From: Candidatus Nanopusillus sp.
GTDB lineage: Archaea > Nanobdellota > Nanobdellia > Nanobdellales > Nanobdellaceae
Length of the DNA: 32,000 bases
Direction: 5' to 3'
NCBI GenBank assembly: GCA_049414405.1
Contig: JBMSAQ010000015.1
Location: 60,001-92,000 of the forward strand
The position numbers were made by a program, and so were the translations under genes. Positions 9,281 to 16,432 of this stretch are shown piece by piece. How positions within the stretch are numbered: the stretch's first letter is position 1; every line of letters begins with the position of its first letter. The notes beneath the pieces were generated by a model that worked only from the letters and a program-made list of their open reading frames with translations, did no database searches and was not told where the DNA came from.

Positions 9281-9300
9281 CTTTTAATAAAAATATTTGT

Positions 9301-10905
9301 ATGGAAAAAGAAATTGAATTAGAAAATTTTGATTATGCTATTATATATAACAAAGGTTCTTTTTTGTTTTTGCCTTTACTATATAACAGTAGATATTTTG
9401 GTTTATTACAATATTATAACAACAATTTTATCAAAATATTAGAAAAAATAGAAAATAAAGATATAAATTATAATGAAATTGAAAAGATAATACTAAGGGA
9501 TTATAATAATATAAAGATAATATATAAAGATGGATGGGAAGAATATAAATTAATAGATAATAAATTAATATATAAAACAAATAAATATTCTACATTAAAT
9601 GTTTATTTTGATACAAGATATTTGTATGATATAGATGAATGGGAGAGAATATACAATATTGAAAAAAATAATGATTATGTGAAAATAAAATTTAATAGAA
9701 GGGATTTAAACTATGAAGCAATAATAAAAAGATTTGAAGTATATCAAGAATTAAATAAATGGATAAAAGTAAATTATAATTATGACTTATATAGAAAATC
9801 TCCACCATTTGAAAGATATATATATTTACCATTTTCTTTTTACGCAAAAGAATTAGAAATAATATATAAAAATGATAAAGATAATTTAAATGGAAAAAAT
9901 CTAATTGAAAATGGATTATTATCTTTTATTTATGATAATAACATTTCTGCAGGTCTTCCATGGTATTTCCAAGAATGGAGCAGAGATGTATTGGTTTCAT
10001 TAGGTGGATTATACTACATTAATAAAGACATTGTGAAAAATAAATTAATTGAATATTCAAATTATTTTTTGCCAGATGGGAGATTAAAAAATATAAAAAA
10101 TGAAAATATTGGAAATTCTGATGGAGTAGGATTATATATTTTCAGATTATTTCAATTTAAAGATTTATTTGAAAAAGAAATATTTGATAAATTAGTAAAT
10201 AATATTATTGGAAAGTTAAATATGTTTGAAGAAAATTATTTAGATGAAAAATTATTTTTGTTTAAAGCATATCCAAATGAAACATGGATGGACACATTAA
10301 ATAGAATTTATCCGATAGAAATACAATTTTTAATGGCAAATGCGTATGATAATTTATATAATTATACAAAAAAAGATGAATATAAAGAAAAACTAGAAAA
10401 AATAAAGAATTCAATTAGAAAGAATTACTTATCAGATTCTTCATTATATGATGATATAAAAAATAAAAAGATAAGATGCAACGTATTTTTATCTTATTAC
10501 TTTTATCCAAAGATTTTTTCAAATTATGAATGGGAAAATATATTTGATTATTCATTAACACATCTATATCTAAAATGGGGAGGAATTAGTAGTTTATCTA
10601 TATTTGATAAAGAATTTATTCCATATAGCAATGAAGATAATTATTTTAGAAATGAAGGAAAATCAATGCATAATGGAGATTCATGGATTTTTATAAATAA
10701 CATTGCTGCTACGGATTTACATAATTTAAATAAGGAAAAATACTGGAATATAATAAGTAGTATTTTGAAATCTAATGAAAGATTAATAAAAATGATAGGA
10801 ACATTGCCTGAAAGATCTAGTGCATATGAATTAAAACCGGCAGGGGCCTTACATCAACTGTGGTCAATATCAACTTATATAGAATTATTAAATAATATAA
10901 GATAA
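9301..10905 (+). CDS. Glycogen debranching enzyme homolog (amylo-alpha-1,6-glucosidase, GDE C-terminal type)
   Basis: SAGLPWYFQEWSRDVLVSLGG matches the GYPWF..WGRDT.ISL motif of (alpha/alpha)6 GDE domains. GDSWIFINNIAA occurs near the C-terminus. Confidence 0.75.
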   Translation: MEKEIELENFDYAIIYNKGSFLFLPLLYNSRYFGLLQYYNNNFIKILEKIENKDINYNEIEKIILRDYNNIKIIYKDGWEEYKLIDNKLIYKTNKYSTLNVYFDTRYLYDIDEWERIYNIEKNNDYVKIKFNRRDLNYEAIIKRFEVYQELNKWIKVNYNYDLYRKSPPFERYIYLPFSFYAKELEIIYKNDKDNLNGKNLIENGLLSFIYDNNISAGLPWYFQEWSRDVLVSLGGLYYINKDIVKNKLIEYSNYFLPDGRLKNIKNENIGNSDGVGLYIFRLFQFKDLFEKEIFDKLVNNIIGKLNMFEENYLDEKLFLFKAYPNETWMDTLNRIYPIEIQFLMANAYDNLYNYTKKDEYKEKLEKIKNSIRKNYLSDSSLYDDIKNKKIRCNVFLSYYFYPKIFSNYEWENIFDYSLTHLYLKWGGISSLSIFDKEFIPYSNEDNYFRNEGKSMHNGDSWIFINNIAATDLHNLNKEKYWNIISSILKSNERLIKMIGTLPERSSAYELKPAGALHQLWSISTYIELLNNIR

Positions 10906-10906
10906 G

Positions 10907-11821
10907 ATGTGGTGGAAAAAATACGGTTTCTCTAAAAATCCTTTAGATATAAGACCAAATGAAGATTTGGTTGGGGTAGATGATATAATAAAAAAAGTAA
11001 AAGATTCTATAATAAATGGCGAAATATTTCTATTATATGGACCAATCGGTTCTGGAAAAACTTCTTTAGCATTTAAAATTAAGAGAGATCTATCTGATAG
11101 ATATAATGTAATATATGTAAATGGAGAATATGAAAGGAATAAAGATTTGGAAGAAACAATCGAAAAAAATAGATATAATAAGTTTTTATTCTTTAAATTT
11201 GAAAATAAACTACCTATAGTATTGATATTGGATGAATATTATAATTTTCCAGAGGATGTATCTAAAAAACTAAAATATTTATATGATAATAGGATTGTTC
11301 ATTCAATAATGTTAATCCAACCGTCTCCGCAAATAATGAATGCTACCCTGTCTTTCTTAAATAGGTTATATAAAAAGATAGAAATGAAATTTCCTCCAGA
11401 AGATGAAATATTAAAATTGATAAATAAAAAATTAAAAGGAAGGGTAAATTTAGATGAAAGAATGTTAAGAAATTTAATAAGAAAAAGCAATAATAATATT
11501 AGGCAAATATTTATTGAATTAAATAACCTCTTAGAAGGGGGAATAGATAACATAAATAAAGGTTTAGGAGAAATAAAGAATTTAGAAAATGAAATAAAAT
11601 TGTCTAACACACAAAAAATGATCTTAGAGATATTATATAAAAACAAAATGTCTTCAAAGGATATATCAAGAATATTAAATCTTCCAAGAAATACTGTGTC
11701 AAAATATTTGAATAAAATGTATAAACAAGGTATATTAATAAGAGAAGTAGATAACAACGAATATATTTATAGTATAAATCCGCAATATATAAATATCATA
11801 TCAAAAAAGATAGGAAAATAG
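10907..11821 (+). CDS. AAA+/P-loop ATPase fused to a C-terminal winged helix-turn-helix
   Basis: Walker A is LLYGPIGSGKTSLA and Walker B is VLILDEY. The C-terminal wHTH is QKMILEILYKNKMSSKDISRILNLPRNTVSKYLNKMYKQGILIRE. The N-terminal YGFSKNPLDIRPNED resembles the (F/Y)G-x-x-x-NPF lead-in of ExeA-like or Orc1/Cdc6-like ATPases. At 304 aa it is short for Orc1/Cdc6. Confidence 0.7.
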   Translation: MWWKKYGFSKNPLDIRPNEDLVGVDDIIKKVKDSIINGEIFLLYGPIGSGKTSLAFKIKRDLSDRYNVIYVNGEYERNKDLEETIEKNRYNKFLFFKFENKLPIVLILDEYYNFPEDVSKKLKYLYDNRIVHSIMLIQPSPQIMNATLSFLNRLYKKIEMKFPPEDEILKLINKKLKGRVNLDERMLRNLIRKSNNNIRQIFIELNNLLEGGIDNINKGLGEIKNLENEIKLSNTQKMILEILYKNKMSSKDISRILNLPRNTVSKYLNKMYKQGILIREVDNNEYIYSINPQYINIISKKIGK

Positions 11822-11892
11822 CCACCGTAGCTCAGCGGTAGAGCGCTACCCTGGTAAGGTAGAGGTCCCGGGTTCAAGTCCCGGCGGTGGCA
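11821..11892 (+). tRNA. tRNA-Thr (anticodon GGU)
   Basis: Manual cloverleaf: acceptor GCCACCG/CGGUGGC, D arm GCUC-AGCGGUA-GAGC, anticodon arm CUACC-CUGGUAA-GGUAG, T arm CCGGG-UUCAAGU-CCCGG, discriminator A. No encoded CCA and no intron. The first base is shared with the TAG stop of the upstream CDS. Confidence 0.9.
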
Positions 11893-12015
11893 TAGTTTTA
11901 TATAAACTCTTTAATTAAGTTATTTTTATCATAGCAGCTTTCGTATTTACAAAAAATATCAACCTAAATTGCGTGACAGGATAAATTTATATTTTAAAAA
12001 TACTAAAATATTAAA

Positions 12016-12606
12016 ATGATAATAAACTATGGTGTACAAGAATATTTATTTCTTTTCATAGTAACAGAAATAATAGTTGGATTGATATTGCCATTCATAT
12101 TAATAAAAGGGGAAAAAGGAAAAATAATAGAGCTAAAATTATATTCTCTGGTAGGTTTTATATTACATGTACTTGTTGGAATGACGTTTATAATGATATT
12201 AGCATCAATAGACTATTATTATAACTTTTCACTGTTTGATTATAATTTAGGTTATAGTATTGGATTCATATTGTTTATACTAGGGTTGATAATACAAGGA
12301 GTTGCTGAAGCAACCCTTGGAAAATATTATTTACCATCTATTGGGACTGTTGAGGGTCAGAAGATAATTAAAAACGGAATATATAAATATATAAGACATC
12401 CAGGATATTTGGGGGAAATATTAATATTCTTTGGACTTGGTTTTGTAACATATAGTTTATTGGGAATATTGGGAGCTTTCATCGTATCATTAATGGTGTA
12501 TTTTGGAAAAGTGATTCCGGAAGAAAAATATATGTTAGAAAAGTTTGGAAAGGAATATGAAGAATATATGAAAGAAACTTTTAGATTTATTCCTTATATA
12601 TTTTAA
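12016..12606 (+). CDS. Isoprenylcysteine carboxyl methyltransferase (ICMT/PEMT) family membrane methyltransferase
   Basis: A multi-TM protein carrying the family signature GIYKYIRHPGYLGEILIFFG. Confidence 0.75.
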   Translation: MIINYGVQEYLFLFIVTEIIVGLILPFILIKGEKGKIIELKLYSLVGFILHVLVGMTFIMILASIDYYYNFSLFDYNLGYSIGFILFILGLIIQGVAEATLGKYYLPSIGTVEGQKIIKNGIYKYIRHPGYLGEILIFFGLGFVTYSLLGILGAFIVSLMVYFGKVIPEEKYMLEKFGKEYEEYMKETFRFIPYIF

Positions 12607-12628
12607 TTTTTTTATATATCTTATTTAG
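12586..12628. repeat. Direct repeat copy A (spans the ICMT-family gene stop)
   Basis: Manual alignment to 12730-12771 gives 38 of 43 aligned positions identical, including a perfect 19-nt core TTTATTCCTTATATATTTT. Confidence 0.75.
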
Positions 12629-12729
12629 AATAATACTTAAAAAAATTAAATATTGGTATCATTTTAATATGGAATCGACTAAAATATACCTAATTGGTTT
12701 GATATTCCCGAATTCATAAGATTCGATAT

Positions 12730-12771
12730 TTTATTCCTTATATATTTTGATTTTCTATATATTTTATTTGG
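12730..12771. repeat. Direct repeat copy B (immediately upstream of and touching tRNA-Pro)
   Basis: See copy A. It contains the TATA-like TTATATAT at -32 to -25 relative to the tRNA-Pro 5' end. Confidence 0.75.
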
Positions 12772-12843
12772 GACCGTAGTCCAGCCTGGAAGGATGTCGG
12801 TTTGGGGTACCGGTGGTCCCGGGTTCAAGTCCCGGCGGTCCCA
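12770..12843 (+). tRNA. tRNA-Pro (anticodon GGG)
   Basis: Acceptor GGGACCG/CGGUCCC, D arm GUCC-AGCCUGGAA-GGAU, anticodon arm UCGGU-UUGGGGU-ACCGG, T arm CCGGG-UUCAAGU-CCCGG, discriminator A. The 3' end abuts the stop codon of the convergent gene. Confidence 0.9.
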
Positions 12844-15132
12844 TCAGTATAAAATAAATATTATTATTCCAACTATTACACCAATCAACAACCCAATATT
12901 TAAATAATTATATTGAACTTTCTTATTGAATTGTACAGTAATATTTAATGGTTGATTCACAATAAAATTATATCCATCCTCATAATAAATTGTATCATAA
13001 AAGAATCCAGATTCAATATACTTGGCTGGTAAAATATTTATTACAGTTCCTTTATTTAAAAAAATAGAAGTATTTCCATAAGTATTTACAGAATTATTTA
13101 TGGAAATATTTACTAAAAATGGTGTATTAATATTTACTAAATATTGATATACACAATAGCTAGATAGATCAATATTTGTTGGAGAGGACATATTTATTGT
13201 TACGTTGTTCTGATTGCAATAAAATCTTTCATAATTATTTATATAACTAATTGTATTTATTAATATAGTTACATTATTATTTGCATTTATATAAAAACTC
13301 GTATTTCCATAATATGTATTATTGTTTATTGTATAATTAAACGGTGAGGATATATTTAATTGATACTGCAAATAACAATAATCAGATATATCAACAACTT
13401 TTGAAGTATTTATATTTAATGTTATGTTATTTTGACAATAATATCGATAATTTTCAAAATTATATATTTGATTTAAGTATATATTCAACAGATCTTTTGC
13501 ATAAAGATAATATATATTATTATAATGTGTTTCATTTAAATAATTTCCAGAAATTGTAAAATTTATTCCAATACTGTTATTTATAATAACTAAATAATAT
13601 TTAATATAGTTTGTAGAGATATTATAATCCTTATTTACTAGCAGACTTATATTTACATACTGATGGGAATAATCTATACTATAATATACCCCGTTTATTG
13701 TTAAATTACTTAATACATATAATGTATTGTTTTGATAAACATATATTGGAATTTTCACATTAAAGATTAGCCCAAGTGGATATTGATAATTTATGTATGA
13801 GTTGTTGTAAGAATAATAAACAGATATATTATAGTTTGTGATATTTGCATTTCCTAAATACTTTGGATAAAAAGGTCCTACAGATAAATTTACAAATCCT
13901 TGCGATATTATATTCGCACTAATATTTGAAGAATATTCTGCAGTATTAGCACCATAATTAAATATTGAAGGACTTGGGGTAAGATAATAACTTCCATTAT
14001 TTTTATAAGAATAATATAAACCCAAAAATCCACTAATATTTTTTACATCTATACAAGCCCCATTTCCTGGTCCACCAATAACCAATTCTAAATTCTTAAT
14101 ATTTCTAGAACTTGTAAAATTGGGAAAAATAACTATACTACCATTTGACGGAATTAATAATGTAACATTATCGTACCAATTTATATTTTGTCCATCTAGA
14201 CTATAACCAAATTGTATTACTGGATGGGAATTATTTTGAGTAATATTTATTATTAAATATACATTTAATGGATATTGTAAAGAAAAATGATTTGTTGCAT
14301 ATACATAAAAATATTTATCATCATATTTACTTATTATTCCATTACCTTTAATTAAATTATTCGATGATAGATTATGATTAAAAGAGGTAAAATTCCATAT
14401 ATTATTAGCAAAAATAAAATATCTACCGGTATTGTTTATTAATAAAACATTCTGTAACCAATAATGTTGGCCATTACTTAATTCTAGAATCGCATTTAAT
14501 TGTATTGAGCCCGAATCCTCACCTAAAAAAGTATTAGAACATAAAGAACTAACATATGAACTAAAATTATCTAAATAAATTTTTCCAATAACTTTATTTG
14601 TCTTAACATTATATCCATAAACGATTCTATTGTTAATATATATACCATAATCAGAAATTCCTATTGGAAAATAAATATTTTTTTCAGATTGATTTGTCAA
14701 ACTATATATAAAAAAATAAGATGCATTTTGTGTATTGTTATTATAAATTATTATGTAATAATTTTCTGAAGATAGATTTATACTTTGATTTATATAATTT
14801 GTATATCTTTGATAGATTGATGTAAAATTTTCGCTGTTTTTAAAATTTTGATAATTTTGTTGATCCATTATATAAAAATTTAAAGGAATTGATGAACTAA
14901 AATATATGTTTAAATACTGGTTTGATGAATTTATCAAATAATAATAATAATATTCTGGATATAAAATATAAAAATAACCATAAGAACCTTGTTCCAAATT
15001 ATATAAATTTAGATGACTTATATTTATTGGATTTATTGGAACATTAAATAATGTTGATGAATAATTTTGTGAATATATATTAAAAAAATTAGATATCAAA
15101 GTTAATAATGCAAATAGTTTTATTTTTTTCAT
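12844..15132 (-). CDS. Thermopsin-family (peptidase A5) secreted protein with a duplicated Cys-containing C-terminal module and a C-terminal membrane anchor
   Basis: Signal peptide MKKIKLFALLTLISNFFNIYSQ. Thermopsin-like blocks are FPIGISDYGIY, GSIQLNAILE...HYWLQNVLL...FANNIWNFTS and LVIGGPGNGA...LGLYYSY...PSPSIFNYGANTAEY (compare Sulfolobus thermopsin AGIASFGLY, LQFNIVL..YWLQDV..DNVWNLT, VWGGGGNGA..LGLYY..FGADTAEA). I counted more than 40 N-x-S/T sequons by eye. The C-terminal helix is IGLLIGVIVGIIIFILY. Confidence 0.8.
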   Translation of the reverse strand: MKKIKLFALLTLISNFFNIYSQNYSSTLFNVPINPINISHLNLYNLEQGSYGYFYILYPEYYYYYLINSSNQYLNIYFSSSIPLNFYIMDQQNYQNFKNSENFTSIYQRYTNYINQSINLSSENYYIIIYNNNTQNASYFFIYSLTNQSEKNIYFPIGISDYGIYINNRIVYGYNVKTNKVIGKIYLDNFSSYVSSLCSNTFLGEDSGSIQLNAILELSNGQHYWLQNVLLINNTGRYFIFANNIWNFTSFNHNLSSNNLIKGNGIISKYDDKYFYVYATNHFSLQYPLNVYLIINITQNNSHPVIQFGYSLDGQNINWYDNVTLLIPSNGSIVIFPNFTSSRNIKNLELVIGGPGNGACIDVKNISGFLGLYYSYKNNGSYYLTPSPSIFNYGANTAEYSSNISANIISQGFVNLSVGPFYPKYLGNANITNYNISVYYSYNNSYINYQYPLGLIFNVKIPIYVYQNNTLYVLSNLTINGVYYSIDYSHQYVNISLLVNKDYNISTNYIKYYLVIINNSIGINFTISGNYLNETHYNNIYYLYAKDLLNIYLNQIYNFENYRYYCQNNITLNINTSKVVDISDYCYLQYQLNISSPFNYTINNNTYYGNTSFYINANNNVTILINTISYINNYERFYCNQNNVTINMSSPTNIDLSSYCVYQYLVNINTPFLVNISINNSVNTYGNTSIFLNKGTVINILPAKYIESGFFYDTIYYEDGYNFIVNQPLNITVQFNKKVQYNYLNIGLLIGVIVGIIIFILY
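13018..13458 (-). repeat. Tandem duplication of a roughly 73-aa Cys-pair module inside the thermopsin-like gene (aa 559-705)
   Basis: FENYRYYCQNNITLNINTSKVVDISDYCYLQYQLNISSPFNYTINNNTYYGNTSFYINANNNVTILIN aligns with NNYERFYCNQNNVTINMSSPTNIDLSSYCVYQYLVNINTPFLVNISINNSVNTYGNTSIFLNKGTVINILP. Both Cys positions and the YGNTS motif are conserved. Confidence 0.75.
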
Positions 15133-15184
15133 AAAAGTTTATTATTATCTAATTTTTTATAAAGTTTTATTTAAATATTTGATT

Positions 15185-15802
15185 ATGAGAATATTTATTT
15201 TTTATTCAAATACTATAAGAACTGATGGAAATTTTAAAAACATATATTATTCTGGGAGATTGGATATAGCAATTAATTCAATTATACATGCTTTTTTTGT
15301 ATCAAATGGATTGAGAAAAAATACTAGATTTGATTTATATTTAACTGGAAAACCAGTTCCTCCTAGATTAATAAGGATAGAGTCCGACATAAATACACCA
15401 TGGTCAAAAAAGGATATATCTACATTATTATCAATATCATTGAAAAAATATAATAAAAAGAATATTAAAAGTCCATTTTCAGGTATATATGTAGATAAAG
15501 TTGATTTTTTTGATTTATTAAGCGAATATAAAAATAATGGAAAAAATATATATTTATTGGATAAAGATGGTGAATTTATTGAAAATATAAAAATTGAAAA
15601 TCCTGTATTTATTATTGGAGATTTCTTAGGAATACCGAAAGATATTAAGAAAAAGATAGAAAAAGATGTAATAAAAATTTCTTTGGGAGATATTAATTAT
15701 TTTTCATCACAGGTTATTGTAATATTAAACTACTATTTGGATAAAATGAATTTTGAAAAAGATATATATGATACATCATATAAATTTGTTTGTAGAGAAT
15801 GA
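15185..15802 (+). CDS. trmY: tRNA (pseudouridine54-N1)-methyltransferase TrmY (SPOUT, DUF358)
   Basis: GRLDIAINSIIHAFFVSNGLRKNT, GKPVPPRLIRI, GIYV, GKNIYLLDKDGE and IENPVFIIGDFLGIP are collinear with the Methanocaldococcus TrmY motifs GRLDLLCR..AFFLSH, PPV.I, GIYV, GKNIYYL..NGE and IENPVFIIGDHIGI. I prefer the ATG at 15185 over the TTG at 15179, because TTTTTATAAA (15154-15163) then sits about 26 nt upstream. Confidence 0.85.
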   Translation: MRIFIFYSNTIRTDGNFKNIYYSGRLDIAINSIIHAFFVSNGLRKNTRFDLYLTGKPVPPRLIRIESDINTPWSKKDISTLLSISLKKYNKKNIKSPFSGIYVDKVDFFDLLSEYKNNGKNIYLLDKDGEFIENIKIENPVFIIGDFLGIPKDIKKKIEKDVIKISLGDINYFSSQVIVILNYYLDKMNFEKDIYDTSYKFVCRE

Positions 15803-16284
15803 TACTTGGTTTAGATCTATCTGCAAAAGAAAATAATAGAACTGGATATTTTTATTTTAATAATAAACCAATATTTGGAATATTATATAAAAATGAGGAA
15901 ATATTGAATTTAATAGAAAAAGAAAAATTTAAATATATATTTATTGATGCACCTCTAAGTTATGAATATCCATATAGAATAGAAGAAAAATTATTATATA
16001 AATATGGATTTAAACCATTACCATTATCTTTAAAATCAATGAAATTTTTATATGAAAGGGCTAACTTATTAAAAAATAAAATAATGGGGATTAATAATGA
16101 TATAGAAATATATGAAACATTTCCAAGAGCGGTGGAAAAAATACTAAAATTAAAATACCAATATTTTTCAAAAGTATTTGAATATAAAGATATTTATGAT
16201 GCATATTTATCATATTTAGCCGGTCTATTCTTCAAATTAAATAAATATGAAAAATTTGGAAATTTAATACTACCAAAAATATAA
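15799..16284 (+). CDS. Hypothetical protein, possibly an RNase H-fold nuclease (DUF429/COG2410-like)
   Basis: The N-terminal ILGLDLSAKENNRTGYFYF resembles the G-x-D-L-S...TG-x-A beta-hairpin start of RNase H-fold proteins, and FIDAPLS is a second acidic motif. It has an ATGA overlap with trmY. The assignment is weak. Confidence 0.35.
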   Translation: MILGLDLSAKENNRTGYFYFNNKPIFGILYKNEEILNLIEKEKFKYIFIDAPLSYEYPYRIEEKLLYKYGFKPLPLSLKSMKFLYERANLLKNKIMGINNDIEIYETFPRAVEKILKLKYQYFSKVFEYKDIYDAYLSYLAGLFFKLNKYEKFGNLILPKI

Positions 16285-16292
16285 TATATATA

Positions 16293-16367
16293 GGACCCGT
16301 AGTTCAGCATGGATAGAATTCTCGGTTGCGGTCCGAGAGGTCCGGGGTTCGAATCCCCGCGGGTCCA
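16293..16367 (+). tRNA. tRNA-Arg (anticodon GCG)
   Basis: Acceptor GGACCCG/CGGGUCC, D arm GUUC-AGCAUGGAUA-GAAU, anticodon arm CUCGG-UUGCGGU-CCGAG, T arm CGGGG-UUCGAAU-CCCCG, discriminator A. Confidence 0.9.
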
Positions 16368-16432
16368 TGTCTATAAAAATCTTTGTTACTAAAAGATAAC
16401 AATAAAGGTGTTTTTCCAATATTATAATAATA

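Noticed and set aside
11299-11757. 152-aa ORF antisense to the AAA+-wHTH gene
   Set aside because: The sense frame carries Walker A/B and wHTH motifs. The antisense product is a low-complexity artefact.
11893-12769. Search for split tRNA halves, C/D-box sRNAs or a degenerate tRNA in the spacers 11893-12015 and 12607-12769
   Set aside because: There are no GC-rich acceptor or T-arm-like helices and no RUGAUGA...CUGA box pairs. The CGAAT-N7-ATTCG hairpin (12710-12726) has a C at the position of the invariant U33 and no surrounding cloverleaf. The 16-codon ATG ORF at 12669 is too short to credit.
11864-12839. Identical 25-nt segment GGTCCCGGGTTCAAGTCCCGGCGGT in tRNA-Thr (11864-11888) and tRNA-Pro (12815-12839)
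   Set aside because: It is the variable-loop end, T arm and acceptor start of two GC-clamped tRNAs. Structural conservation in thermophile tRNAs explains it, and it is not a mobile repeat or att site.
16368-16432. AT-rich hairpin TTGTTA-N8-TAACAA just after tRNA-Arg as a possible terminator
   Set aside because: It is a 6-bp stem made only of A/T and G-T-poor pairs, in roughly 20% GC DNA. Archaeal termination relies mainly on oligo-T tracts, so it is indistinguishable from chance.
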